NCBI GenBank assembly: GCA_050298055.1
Contig: JBNKTL010000023.1
Span: forward strand, 19,855-83,854
DNA: 64,000 nucleotides
From: Spirochaetota bacterium
Lineage (GTDB): Bacteria > Spirochaetota > UBA4802 > UBA5550
Direction: 5' to 3'
The notes beneath the pieces were generated by a model, which had not been told where the DNA came from, searched no databases, and saw only the letters and a list, made by a program, of their open reading frames with translations. Made by a program: the position numbers and the translations under genes. This document shows positions 18,780-29,180 of the stretch, one piece after another; position 1 is the first letter of the stretch, and each line of letters begins with the position of its first letter.

Positions 18780-20438
18780 ATGAGATTATACGGCAAAATT
18801 TTTATTCTCGTGACCGCTGTCATTGCAGTAAGCATACTCTTTTATTGCGGTGACAGCACAAAAATCGGGAAAAACGTCAGGGAAGACAGGAGTGAAGTGA
18901 GAAAGCCCTATCCGGCAACCACTGCCCTTCAACCGCCTATGGAACAAAAGGCAAGGGCCGGAAAAAGAGGAATGGGTGTAGCCGGGATGGTAGACGATGG
19001 TACGGGAGGATACAGGGTCCCCCACGATACAGAAGAGTATACACGCATCTATGAAAATGAATATAAAGAGGCCATCAAGAACCCCCTCTCCACATTTTCA
19101 ATCGATGTTGATACAGCCTCATACGCCAATGTACGGCGTTTTATCACGGGAAACAGGATGCCCTATAAAGACGCAGTACGCATTGAGGAGATGATCAATT
19201 ACTTCAGCTACGACTACCCGGAACCGGGGGGAAAGCATCCCTTCTCATTTATCAGTGAGATATCGGAAACACCGTGGAACAGCGGGACACGGCTCCTCCA
19301 CATAGGGCTCCAGGGGAAAAAGGTATCACTCAAAGAGATCCCTCCCCAGAACCTTGTGTTTCTCATAGATGTTTCCGGGTCCATGTCCTCTCCCAATAAA
19401 CTTCCCCTTCTCAAGAAGGCATTCAGACTCATGGTGAACCAGCTCCGGGACAGGGACAGGGTTGCCATTGTAGTCTATGCCGGCGCAGCGGGTCTTGTCC
19501 TTCCCTCAACATCATGCAGCGAGAAGCAGAGGATTATTGAGACATTCGAAAAGTTCAATGCCGGGGGCTCAACAGCGGGCGGCGCGGGGATAAAACTGGC
19601 ATACAGGGTTGCCGGGGAAAACTTTATCCATAAGGGAAACAACAGGGTGATCCTTGCCACAGACGGTGATTTCAATGTGGGCGCATCGAATACCGGTGAA
19701 CTTGTACGGATGATCGAGGAGAAGAGGAAGTCGGGGATATACCTCACCGTTCTTGGGTTCGGGATGGGAAATTACAAAGATTCGAGAATGGAGCAGCTTG
19801 CGGACAAGGGGAACGGAAACTACGCGTACATCGACAATCTCCTTGAAGCAAAAAAGGTCCTTGTGAACGAAATCGGAGGCACACTGCAGACTATAGCCAA
19901 AGATGTAAAGATACAGATCGAATTTAATCCCGCAAAGGTCAGGGAGTACAGGCTTATCGGTTATGAGAACAGGATAATGGCCGCAAAAGATTTCGATAAT
20001 GACAGGAAGGATGCCGGCGAGATGGGTGCGGGACATACGGTAACGGCTCTCTACGAGATTGTTCTGAAAAATGAGAAAAAGGGAAAAAACGACCTCAAGT
20101 ACAGTACAACTAAGATCAGGGAAGAGGCCCTGAAAAGCAATGAGATCGCCACAATCAAGTTCAGGTACAAAAAGCCCGACGGTTCAAAAAGCATACTGGT
20201 TGTCAGTCCCATTGAAGAAAAGATTGTAAATCTTAACGAGTCAACCGACAACTTCAGGTTCTCGGCAGCCGTTGCACAATGGGGTATGATACTCCGGGAT
20301 TCAAAGTTTAAAAAGAACTCCAGTTACCGTCAGGTCATCTCCCTTGCAAAAAGCGCAAAAGGAGAGGACAGGGAAGGATACAGGGCCGAGTTCATAAGGC
20401 TTGTGGAGATGACAAGGGCACTTGACACCGGAAAGTAA
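18780..20438 (+). CDS. VWA-domain protein, YfbK/DUF3520 type (probable lipoprotein)
   Basis: PLSTFSIDVDTASY, VRIEEMINYF, DVSGSM MIDAS, ATDGDFNVG and TIAKDVKIQIEFNP; GGAGG RBS. Confidence 0.92.
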   Translation: MRLYGKIFILVTAVIAVSILFYCGDSTKIGKNVREDRSEVRKPYPATTALQPPMEQKARAGKRGMGVAGMVDDGTGGYRVPHDTEEYTRIYENEYKEAIKNPLSTFSIDVDTASYANVRRFITGNRMPYKDAVRIEEMINYFSYDYPEPGGKHPFSFISEISETPWNSGTRLLHIGLQGKKVSLKEIPPQNLVFLIDVSGSMSSPNKLPLLKKAFRLMVNQLRDRDRVAIVVYAGAAGLVLPSTSCSEKQRIIETFEKFNAGGSTAGGAGIKLAYRVAGENFIHKGNNRVILATDGDFNVGASNTGELVRMIEEKRKSGIYLTVLGFGMGNYKDSRMEQLADKGNGNYAYIDNLLEAKKVLVNEIGGTLQTIAKDVKIQIEFNPAKVREYRLIGYENRIMAAKDFDNDRKDAGEMGAGHTVTALYEIVLKNEKKGKNDLKYSTTKIREEALKSNEIATIKFRYKKPDGSKSILVVSPIEEKIVNLNESTDNFRFSAAVAQWGMILRDSKFKKNSSYRQVISLAKSAKGEDREGYRAEFIRLVEMTRALDTGK

Positions 20439-20453
20439 AATTGCGTTTAATTC

Positions 20454-20489
20454 AAAAAGAGGTGTTCAAAACGGACACCTCTTTTTTTT
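20454..20489 (+). terminator. Rho-independent terminator
   Basis: AAAAAGAGGTGTTC-loop-GGACACCTC followed by a T run. Confidence 0.85.
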
Positions 20490-20629
20490 ATTAGCGGATA
20501 GGCACCATTATCTTTTTTATTAACACTTCTTTTTAAACGGGAAAGAACCATTTTCAACCGGTACTTCCTTATCAACAAACACATAACATTTTTAATTTTT
20601 TTTATTGATTTTCTGGATAATTTTGAATT

Positions 20630-20659
20630 AGGTTGTAAATATATTTACATATACAACCT
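20630..20659. promoter_or_regulatory. Palindromic candidate operator upstream of the LVIVD protein gene
   Basis: Perfect 16-bp palindrome TGTAAATATATTTACA (20634-20649), overlapping AGGTTGTA...TACAACCT. Confidence 0.45.
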
Positions 20660-20928
20660 TCTGGTATTGGATAAAATTATTATGGCTGTTATATTTTCAG
20701 GGTTAGTTCTTTTTCAAAAGAATAAGTGTTCCATTACGGAAAACAACTATGCCAGTGGTTAAGCTGATTTTATATAAAGTGCCAGAAAATATAAAAAACA
20801 TATTTAAAGAACACCGGTCCCCAATACAAGTTGAATGGTTTTACTGTTCAACAACTTCCTGTTGGGTGTAATTATTTTTTGAATTACACAATGACATGTT
20901 GAAAAAAAATAATATTGGAGGAATCTCT

Positions 20929-23900
20929 ATGGTTCAATTAGCGAAAAAACGGAATTCATCAGGGAAGTCAATCTGTTCTTTCATAACCAGCATGGTTTTA
21001 CAGGTGTTTTTTCTTCTCCTGACAACCGGTACTGTCTCTGCAGCATCGGTAACATCAATCACTGCAACACCCGATTCATTCAATGAGGGTGCCTCGTCTA
21101 CCATCACACTCTCTGCCACAATAACGGGTGATCTTTCAAATTACACCTGGGTACAGACCGGTGGTCCGAAAGTGCCGCTCACTGCAACAAGTGAATCAGC
21201 AGCCAGCGCCGATGTATCAGGTCTTTCCGTAGCTGTGGATACCGGGTTAACTTTCAGTCTTACTGTAACGGGAACAGACGGAACAGTTGATTCCCTGAGC
21301 ACAACGGTGGTCGTATACCCGGTTGATATGACTCCTATTCGGGGACCGAATGTCCAGATAGGAGGTTCTTCAACATGCATATCAACATATGAATACAGTG
21401 GTACCAAGTGGGCCTTCTTTAATATCGGGAACCGGTTCCTGGCAACTCCTGTATCTTCCGTTAAAGGTCCGGTCCATTCAATTTATGTACAGGATTTTAT
21501 CAATGACATAGACATTATCACCTATAACGGTATAATCTATGCGTTACTTTCAACCGGTACATCCGGGATAGTGGCTGTTGACATTTCAAATCCTTCCGCC
21601 ATGACAATCTACAGGAGCGCTGCCGTAAACTATTACCAGGACGGGATTACATTCACGGAAGGAGGCGGAACCATTCTTACTGACAATATCATATCCAGTA
21701 CCAGCGCCCCCGTTGCAGCCCTGGCAACCGACGGGATAGATCTCTATATCGCAGATCCCGAATTTGGAATTCACAAAACAGCACTGGACAATCTGCTGAA
21801 TCCCACAGGAGCCGTTCTGGAGTCTGACGGGACGCTTCTGATAGACAGGGAAAAATATACACTTCAATATGCCGGTGAAAATCCCTGGGGCGGTCCCGTT
21901 GATCTCCTTTACTACGGGGGTAAACTCTTCGTGTGCATGAAGGAACTGGGTCTCGGCATTTTTGATACCGCTACCCTGGAGCAGGTCGGGAGGTACAATC
22001 TCTATACAGATCCGTATATGTACGAAGACTGGTTTATCAGCATGAATGTGGAGGATGAGGTACAGTTCGATATAATTACAGGGGATCCTTTTATCGATGA
22101 CTTCACCGGGATGCCCGACTACAGGCAGACAAGTTTCGAACTTCTCACCGTTATGAAAAAAAAATCCACTGATCCCACTCCATGGGCAGATTTCGACCGC
22201 TATGGGAAATATTATTACAAGGCGAGAAGTGTCGATATTGCCGAGTTTAACGGGCGCACAATTGCTTATATTGCATACTCCCTGGGAGGACTGATTGCAG
22301 TAGATATTACAGGATACCAGGACGCCGATGCGGTATCCTTTCTCAACGGAAAATATCTCGGATATTTCCCGGCAGTCCCGGCAAACGGACCGGACGAACC
22401 TACGGGAATCAAGACAAAAAGCATTCTTCCCTACAAAGGTGCGGGGATGCTCAAGGAATCAGGTGTTGTTGATGTAAAGATAAAAGGAACTAACGTCTAC
22501 GCCACCGATCACTTTGCGGGACTGGTTATTGTAAGCAATGCCGGGACTCCCGACCTGAGCTGGCACGGCTCGGATTCTCCCTACGATAACGATACGGACG
22601 GAATCCTGGGTAACCACTGGCCCGATTACGAGTTTGTCACATCATACGACATGACGGCCTGGGACCCCACGGACAACGAATCAATGCCCGTATGGTATTA
22701 TCATTCACCTGCACTTCTCGTTACTGCAGAGATCAACGGTCACGGCAACAGGCTCTCCCTCATGGATGATATGGATATTACATCCGCGGGTGAGGTGGAT
22801 ATTCTTGAATGCGCGGGTGCCGGCGGATTCAACTTCATCGACATTGTTAATCTTGGCGCTTTTGCAATGGAAGACAAGTATACTGTCCCGGTCTACTTTC
22901 CCACGACAGAAGAGATAGGCGCAGCACCGGACGGTTCTCCCACTGCAACAATATCAATAGGCCATTCCGGGGGCATTGATTCATCCGGTTCGTATGTCTA
23001 TGTTTCAGACGGTCCCCACGGAATATCAGCATGGAAAACCGTGGATGAAAACGGGTATCCTACGGATAACATACATCTCGTGGCCAATACCCTGCAGGAT
23101 GAGTACCCCGCGATTGTAAATGGTGTGAAGATTTACCCTGCATCACATGCAACCAATGTTGTATTCGACCCGGTCAATAATGTCGCCTGGTCCGGAAGTG
23201 CCAGCCTGGGACTGCGCCGCGTTGATGTGAACAAAGTTGAATCAGGTCTGGGAGCAGCGGGTACTCCTCTTCTCCTTCCCCTCCAACTTACCGACTGTTT
23301 CGAACACAATGCCGAGTGGGGTACCGTCAAACCGGTTCAATACCAGGACCACGCATACGATGTGGCTCTTTCGGGCAATTATGCCTTTGTTGCGGACGGA
23401 AGCAACGGTCTGACAGTTTATGATATCTCCAAAGAGCCTACCGGGGCATCGACGGGTTTTTTTGTATCCAATATCGGCTCAGGGAAAAAGAAGCCGGCAT
23501 TGGGCCGGGCACAGGGAATTGTACTCTGGACCGATCCTCTTACGGGAAACAGGTATGCTTTTACGGCCAGCGGACCTTATGGAGTCGGAGTTGTTGACGT
23601 TACTGACGTGATGAACATGAAACTTGTAAAGGTCTTTGAGCCAATTAAGATGGAAGACGGCAAGGTCGGAGCGGCTGACGGGCAGGCAATCGACGTGAAG
23701 GTTGTGGAGAACTACGCATATTTCTCATATGACAGCTTCGGTGTGGTAAGCTATCTGATCGAGGACCTCATTGAACCTCTTCCCCCTGGAATCGATCCTA
23801 CACAGGTATGGAAAGTAAGATCATCAGGAACGCTTTTATATGATTACCGGCCGGAAGCGGCTGGCCGTTTTAAACTCCAGTACATCCCCGGTTTTGAGGA

Positions 23901-24126
23901 GCAGGCCGGCGGAGCCGTTAAAATGGCAACAAATCTTGTTAACGGTAAACTTGTTATCTATGCCGCCTTCGGTGAAGCAGGCGTAGTGGCAATAAACTGG
24001 ACCGATCCTGCTAATCCGGTTCTGGATAACATTGTATCCACATCCGGTTTCTGTACGGCCGTAACCCTCTCAAATGGAAGGCTGTATGCGGCGGATGGTA
24101 ACGGCGGATTGGTGTTCTTTAAATAG
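20929..24126 (+). CDS. Large secreted LVIVD-repeat beta-propeller protein with N-terminal PKD/Ig-like domain
   Basis: Signal peptide; YTWVQTGGPKV..LTFSLTVT (PKD-like); repeats YAFVADGSNGLTVYDIS, GLIAVDIT and LYAADGNGGLV. GGAGG RBS. Confidence 0.8.
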   Translation: MVQLAKKRNSSGKSICSFITSMVLQVFFLLLTTGTVSAASVTSITATPDSFNEGASSTITLSATITGDLSNYTWVQTGGPKVPLTATSESAASADVSGLSVAVDTGLTFSLTVTGTDGTVDSLSTTVVVYPVDMTPIRGPNVQIGGSSTCISTYEYSGTKWAFFNIGNRFLATPVSSVKGPVHSIYVQDFINDIDIITYNGIIYALLSTGTSGIVAVDISNPSAMTIYRSAAVNYYQDGITFTEGGGTILTDNIISSTSAPVAALATDGIDLYIADPEFGIHKTALDNLLNPTGAVLESDGTLLIDREKYTLQYAGENPWGGPVDLLYYGGKLFVCMKELGLGIFDTATLEQVGRYNLYTDPYMYEDWFISMNVEDEVQFDIITGDPFIDDFTGMPDYRQTSFELLTVMKKKSTDPTPWADFDRYGKYYYKARSVDIAEFNGRTIAYIAYSLGGLIAVDITGYQDADAVSFLNGKYLGYFPAVPANGPDEPTGIKTKSILPYKGAGMLKESGVVDVKIKGTNVYATDHFAGLVIVSNAGTPDLSWHGSDSPYDNDTDGILGNHWPDYEFVTSYDMTAWDPTDNESMPVWYYHSPALLVTAEINGHGNRLSLMDDMDITSAGEVDILECAGAGGFNFIDIVNLGAFAMEDKYTVPVYFPTTEEIGAAPDGSPTATISIGHSGGIDSSGSYVYVSDGPHGISAWKTVDENGYPTDNIHLVANTLQDEYPAIVNGVKIYPASHATNVVFDPVNNVAWSGSASLGLRRVDVNKVESGLGAAGTPLLLPLQLTDCFEHNAEWGTVKPVQYQDHAYDVALSGNYAFVADGSNGLTVYDISKEPTGASTGFFVSNIGSGKKKPALGRAQGIVLWTDPLTGNRYAFTASGPYGVGVVDVTDVMNMKLVKVFEPIKMEDGKVGAADGQAIDVKVVENYAYFSYDSFGVVSYLIEDLIEPLPPGIDPTQVWKVRSSGTLLYDYRPEAAGRFKLQYIPGFEEQAGGAVKMATNLVNGKLVIYAAFGEAGVVAINWTDPANPVLDNIVSTSGFCTAVTLSNGRLYAADGNGGLVFFK

Positions 24127-24132
24127 AGATAT

Positions 24133-24170
24133 GGCAGGATGATAGCACGGCTATCATCCTGCCCTGTTTT
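24133..24170 (+). terminator. Rho-independent terminator
   Basis: 14-bp perfect stem GGCAGGATGATAGC/GCTATCATCCTGCC, then CTGTTTT. Confidence 0.75.
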
Positions 24171-24267
24171 AATTATCAAATTTTTTCATTAAGAGAAGTT
24201 ATATTTCCATTCTAAACCCATAATAATCAAAAGGCAGACCGCTCCTTTTATAAAAAAATCATTTTTT

Positions 24268-24283
24268 TGTGACTTTTGTCACT
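24268..24283. promoter_or_regulatory. CRP/FNR-type box upstream of the Crp/Fnr gene
   Basis: TGTGA-CTTTTG-TCACT. Confidence 0.7.
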
Positions 24284-24341
24284 GACAAAAATATGGAATG
24301 TTGGTAGAGTGAACCTTCATTAAAATGAAGGAGGTTTCCCG

Positions 24342-24995
24342 ATGCTTGCAGATTTTGATTTCTTCACCCGGTTATCCGAAAATTCCCGGCAATTGCTGGA
24401 AGAAAATACAAAATTTTTTACATTTACCGAAAAAAAAATCCTTATTAATAAGGGGGACGTAGTAGGCGGCGTCTATCTCATCGAAGAGGGAAGATTGCGT
24501 GTTTTTTCCATTAGCTCAAACAATAAAGAGATCACCCTCTATACAATCAAACCCGGAGAATCGTGTATCCTGGCCATAAACTGTGTTTTCTCCGATGTCC
24601 TCTATCCTGCCTGGGTAGAAAACGACAAGCCGGTCACAAAGATCGCCGTTATCCCCTCCTCTGTCTACAGAAAACTCCATGAGAACGAACCGGCAATACA
24701 GCAATTTACCGTTAACGTTCTGGCCGAACGAATCTTTGATCTCATGTCGTCACTGGAAGAGATATCCTGCCTGCCCCTGGACAAAAGGCTGGCCAACTTC
24801 CTGCTTAAAAACAGCAGTTCTTCCTATCATATCTCTATGAGCCATGAAAAGATCGCCTCATATCTCGGAACAGCAAGAGAAGTGGTTACGCGAAACATGA
24901 ACACACTGGCAAAGCAGGGACTGGTCTCGGTAGAACGGGGTTATTCAAAAATCCTCTCTGTGGAAAAACTCCGTTCATTTATTGATGCCTGTTGA
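24342..24995 (+). CDS. Crp/Fnr-family transcriptional regulator
   Basis: KEITLYTIKPGESC and HTH SHEKIASYLGTAREVVTR. Confidence 0.92.
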   Translation: MLADFDFFTRLSENSRQLLEENTKFFTFTEKKILINKGDVVGGVYLIEEGRLRVFSISSNNKEITLYTIKPGESCILAINCVFSDVLYPAWVENDKPVTKIAVIPSSVYRKLHENEPAIQQFTVNVLAERIFDLMSSLEEISCLPLDKRLANFLLKNSSSSYHISMSHEKIASYLGTAREVVTRNMNTLAKQGLVSVERGYSKILSVEKLRSFIDAC

Positions 24996-25184
24996 TAAAA
25001 TCCCGGTTTTCCATTTTTCAAATATCCGGATTTTCGTATCATAAAATTATTATTTCCGCAAATATTTTCATATATCCGGCAGACTATACTTTATCTTTAA
25101 TCCGCTTCTTCACAAGTATTAATCGCAACGACTCCGTCCTGTTCAAGAATAATGATATCTTCCGTACTTGTTATTTTCATATAC

Positions 25185-25200
25185 TGTGACAAATATCACA
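25185..25200. promoter_or_regulatory. Perfect CRP-type box upstream of the DUF4242-like gene
   Basis: TGTGA-CAAATA-TCACA. Confidence 0.75.
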
Positions 25201-25263
25201 GACACAATTAACCAGATGGGATAATTTATAAAAAAATTAATTAATACTTTCAGGAGGGTTCTT

Positions 25264-25629
25264 ATGAAAAAGACGGTCAGTATGTTTCTCACACTTATGG
25301 TCCTGGCAGGAGGTATCAGCGTTTGTTACTCCGGCTCAAAAATGCAACTCTATATCGACACACATGACAAAAAAGACGGGTCCTTTCCTGCCGCAATAAC
25401 GCCCGAACAGCTGAACAAATTCTATGCAAAATACGCGAAAGCATGCGAAGATTCAGGGGTTATTATTATACGGACATATGTGAGTACAAAAGACGGCCGC
25501 GCTTTTTGTATTACAATGGCCCCATCCGTTGATGCGGTAAAAAAAGCGCATAAGAAAGCAGGACTGCCCTATAACGGCATTACGGAGGTCTTTGGCGTTG
25601 CTCCAAGCGACCTTCTGCTCAACCAGTAA
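25264..25629 (+). CDS. DUF4242/SCO4226-like protein with signal peptide
   Basis: LYIDTH, GRAFC and APSVDAVKKAH..AGLP...ITEV. Confidence 0.7.
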   Translation: MKKTVSMFLTLMVLAGGISVCYSGSKMQLYIDTHDKKDGSFPAAITPEQLNKFYAKYAKACEDSGVIIIRTYVSTKDGRAFCITMAPSVDAVKKAHKKAGLPYNGITEVFGVAPSDLLLNQ

Positions 25630-25637
25630 CTCAAGGT

Positions 25638-25681
25638 AACAGTGCCTCATTAATTTTATGACTGATTAATGGGGCACTGTT
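25638..25681 (+). terminator. Stem-loop after the DUF4242-like gene
   Basis: AACAGTGCCTCATTAAT...ATTAATGGGGCACTGTT. Confidence 0.6.
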
Positions 25682-25751
25682 CTCATTTTCTGAACCTGCC
25701 TGTTATCCCTCAAATTCCACCTCAATTTCCAGAACATTTATTTTTAAAATG

Positions 25752-25885
25752 GTAACTACTCAGCTCTCTGGCTATAATCAATTTATTTACTTGAATAACA
25801 ACGATATGTCCCCGCCGCCGTAGGCGGCGGGGACATATCAGTTATCTTTTTTTAATAAATATGATTATTCTCATACATAACTGAG
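25752..25885. repeat. GC-hairpin MITE-like element
   Basis: 17-bp perfect stem GATATGTCCCCGCCGCC-GTA-GGCGGCGGGGACATATC (25803-25839); left end GTAACTACTCAG. The right flank matches the reverse complement of 63844-63890. Confidence 0.85.
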
Positions 25886-25966
25886 AGAACAGGAAAATTA
25901 AATAAAAAGTTGCCATAATAATGTATATATGAAAAATTTATCCGAAGCAGCCGGAGCAGGCAGGAG

Positions 25967-27631
25967 GTGAAAATGACCCTGGAAAATATCCTGGAACAGA
26001 CAAAAATTTCGGGGATGAAGACCGCAAACATAACACGCCTAATTGTCGGCACAGTCTCTCTACTTATTGTAGTATCAGCCTCGGGTCAAACATCCCGGCC
26101 TGTATTTCTCACATTATTTACCGGTCTTATTCTTTTTCTTATCCTCACTTTTATCAATATTCTTTCTGTGAGAAAGAGCATTTACAGTTCAGTTCTCCTC
26201 TACATGACTGTGATTTACGAGGTGTCCCTGCCAACCTTTTTTAAGGTCTCCTTTGCTTTTTCAGGTAACGCGCAGCAGGCAGTAAACGACAGCACATTTT
26301 TCTCCGCATATTTTATTATGATTCTTCTTTCTCTCATGCAGAACAGCAGAAGGATCACCGCACTTGCCGGGTTAACGGCCACTGTGGAATATACTGTCAT
26401 TGTGTTTTTATCAATCTTTCTCTGGGATGTTCCCGTTATTTCAGGATCGGAAGAACTGGGAAAACTGGTAGTGGATAACGAGATCGCAAAAATTGTGATC
26501 CTTGGCGGTTTCACCTACATCGGGACCCTTGTATTGAGAAACATGAACTCATATGCCCGACGGGCCCTGGAGAACGGGCAGGTGGCCAGTGCAAGGGCCC
26601 GGGACCTTCTGGAGATCATGAAAACCGCAACCGGGATGAACCGTGATCTTGTTGCCATCAGCGATGAACAGAAGAACATCTGCGGAAAACTCACCGACCT
26701 CTCCCAGGAACAGGCTGCCATGAGTGAAGAATTTTCCTCCGTGCATGAAGAACAGTACGCGTCCATAGAATCCATCAATAAATCCGCGAAATCACAGCAG
26801 GATGAAGCGCGCCAGTCCCTGGAACTGATAAAACTGCTGAGAGAAAGCCAGAAACGGGTTATCGAACTGGGGGGTATTGTTCTCGAAGAGAACAAACATA
26901 TTACGAAATCCTCAAGGGAGACCCGGGATAAGCTCAATACTATGGCCCACACCATGGAGGTAATCAGCAAGGGAGGAGAGTCAATTACAAATTTCATAAC
27001 AGTTATTAACAACATTACCGACCAGATCAACCTCCTCTCCCTCAACGCGGCTATCGAGGCGGCACGGGCCGGTGATCACGGGAAGGGTTTTGCAGTGGTG
27101 GCAGATGAGATCGGCAAGCTCGCAACGGCTACCAGTGATAATGCCCGGGAAATATCCGCACAGCTGGAGCATATCACCTCCGATATCGAAAAGGGCGTGG
27201 CCATTGTAAACACCACCCATGAATCCATCAGCAGCGTAACGTCGGTTATTGAAGGTGTTAACAAAAAGATCGATGTCGTGGGAACTGCCATGGAAGGACA
27301 GGATGCTCTTATCACCTCGGTTGAACAGCAGGCGGAACGGGTGGACGAACTCTCAAAACAGGTAACCGTGGCTACCCATGAACAGAAGGCATCCATGGAA
27401 GAGACTTCCCGGTCGATCCAGAAACTCACCGGAATGGCCCAGAAAATCAACGAGAACACAGAGCAGATGTTTCAGGGAGCTAAAATTGTCAGCGACAAGG
27501 CCCTTCAGCTGGGAAGCCATATCGATACCGTTCATGTTGCCCCTGAAGATGAAGGGTTCTCTCAAATCCCCGAAGATACAGAGAAGGAGGGGAAAGATGA
27601 AAGTCATCTTGAACAAAGAGGTGTGAATTGA
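25967..27631 (+). CDS. Methyl-accepting chemotaxis protein with multi-TM sensor
   Basis: About six TM segments; QINLLSLNAAIEAARAGDHGKGFAVVADEIGKLA. Confidence 0.93.
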   Translation: MKMTLENILEQTKISGMKTANITRLIVGTVSLLIVVSASGQTSRPVFLTLFTGLILFLILTFINILSVRKSIYSSVLLYMTVIYEVSLPTFFKVSFAFSGNAQQAVNDSTFFSAYFIMILLSLMQNSRRITALAGLTATVEYTVIVFLSIFLWDVPVISGSEELGKLVVDNEIAKIVILGGFTYIGTLVLRNMNSYARRALENGQVASARARDLLEIMKTATGMNRDLVAISDEQKNICGKLTDLSQEQAAMSEEFSSVHEEQYASIESINKSAKSQQDEARQSLELIKLLRESQKRVIELGGIVLEENKHITKSSRETRDKLNTMAHTMEVISKGGESITNFITVINNITDQINLLSLNAAIEAARAGDHGKGFAVVADEIGKLATATSDNAREISAQLEHITSDIEKGVAIVNTTHESISSVTSVIEGVNKKIDVVGTAMEGQDALITSVEQQAERVDELSKQVTVATHEQKASMEETSRSIQKLTGMAQKINENTEQMFQGAKIVSDKALQLGSHIDTVHVAPEDEGFSQIPEDTEKEGKDESHLEQRGVN

Positions 27632-27737
27632 TCCCTGTTGATATCTCCCCCTGGCTGAAAAATCGAAAAAAACCGATATTTATCGAATTGGAAAAGCAAT
27701 ATTCTTTGCCGTTAAATATCACCTGGAATATAAATAT

Positions 27738-27751
27738 TCCGTCTGGATGGA
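27738..27751. promoter_or_regulatory. TCCGTC-N2-GATGG motif just upstream of a putative -35
   Basis: TCCGTCTGGATGGA, 8 bp before TTGATT; related site at 33222-33235. Confidence 0.4.
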
Positions 27752-27830
27752 TTTTTTTCTTGATTTTTTAATAAATTATAGTAATATAGATATACAAGAG
27801 TAACAAATTATTCTCTGAAAAAAGTCAGTT

Positions 27831-28988
27831 ATGGGAAAATTGTATAATAATATAAAGCTATTAACTCTCTTTTTTCTCCTCTTTGCCCTCTTACTGGCCG
27901 GGTGCGGAGAGGGTATGGAAGAGATCATTAATTCACAGGGGACCGGCGGAGCCTCTTATAAGGAAATAACTATTGACGGGCATACCCTGGGACTCAGCAG
28001 TAATGTCTCAAATTTTCCTCTTCTTATAAATCTGAATTTAACGAACTTTCCGGAAATTGCCACATCTACGGAGCCGGGGGGTGCGGATATTCGCTTTAGA
28101 AAACCTGATAATACACTGCTCCCTTATGAAATTGAAGCATGGTCAGATGGCACAAGCGGCACAGTATGGGTCCTTCTGGACACTATTTCCAGCAGTTCGC
28201 AGACCACAATAAGAATGTACTACAATGATCCCGGGGCATCGAGCATGTCAGATGCAAATTCCGTCTTCAATAACGGAAACGGGTTTCAGGGGGTCTATCA
28301 CCTTGATGATGATCCCGGTGGAGGGGCCGGGTCCATAACTGACAGTACAGGCAATGGGAACCATGGAAGTCCTGTAAACGGCCTTGACAGCAGCGATAGT
28401 GTTATCATCGGAATTATTGACGGGTCGGTCAAGTTTGATGACGGGGAAGTCGCAGGTGCGGAGTATATAGAGATACCCGCTGATGCAAGTCTGCAGTTTA
28501 CCGGTGATATGACAATATCCGCATGGGTAAAGCTGGGCGCAGGGAACAGTGGTGATTATCTGGGTATCGGCGGTAATCTTGGAAGTGTTACCGGCAATTA
28601 CTTTGGGTACTGTCTCAGAAGGTATACAGACGGACATATTAATTTTATGATTGGTAATTCAACCGCAACAGTGCAATCAGTAGAGTCGATTGCACTCCAT
28701 ACTGACACAAATTACAAACATGTAGCGGGAGTATTAAGAAGCGGGACCATGTATCTCTATATAAATGGCGTTGAACAGGCAGATACACTCGGCTCAATAA
28801 CCCCCGGCGCTAATCCCCTGACAAAGAATCCCACAATCGGTCGCATGTATACCGATTTTGACCAGAGAGGCTGGCTGGGGGAGCTGGATGAGATGCGCTT
28901 TGAAAATGCGGCACGTTCAGCAGACTGGATTAAGCTCAGTTATGAGACCCAGAAATCCGGTTCCACTGTAGTGAATATTCTTCCGTAA
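27831..28988 (+). CDS. Lipoprotein with DUF2341 and LamG/concanavalin-like domains
   Basis: LLAGC lipobox; NFPLLI, GADIRF, LPYEIEAW, VWV, IRMYY; TISAWVK, LYING and GELDEMRF..ARSADWI. Confidence 0.85.
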   Translation: MGKLYNNIKLLTLFFLLFALLLAGCGEGMEEIINSQGTGGASYKEITIDGHTLGLSSNVSNFPLLINLNLTNFPEIATSTEPGGADIRFRKPDNTLLPYEIEAWSDGTSGTVWVLLDTISSSSQTTIRMYYNDPGASSMSDANSVFNNGNGFQGVYHLDDDPGGGAGSITDSTGNGNHGSPVNGLDSSDSVIIGIIDGSVKFDDGEVAGAEYIEIPADASLQFTGDMTISAWVKLGAGNSGDYLGIGGNLGSVTGNYFGYCLRRYTDGHINFMIGNSTATVQSVESIALHTDTNYKHVAGVLRSGTMYLYINGVEQADTLGSITPGANPLTKNPTIGRMYTDFDQRGWLGELDEMRFENAARSADWIKLSYETQKSGSTVVNILP

Positions 28989-29180
28989 AGATCCGTTCAA
29001 AAGACACTTCCTGTTACAAGAACTTTTCCCCTGTTTCTCACTCAGGAGGGGGTCCTTATATTGATTTTTCTCTTCTTTATCAACTACCGGGTTGCAAGCC
29101 ATAGATAAAACCCCATCTTTTATACAAATTTTTACAAATTAAATATAAAAATAATCCGATTATAAAAAAAAGGAATAACC

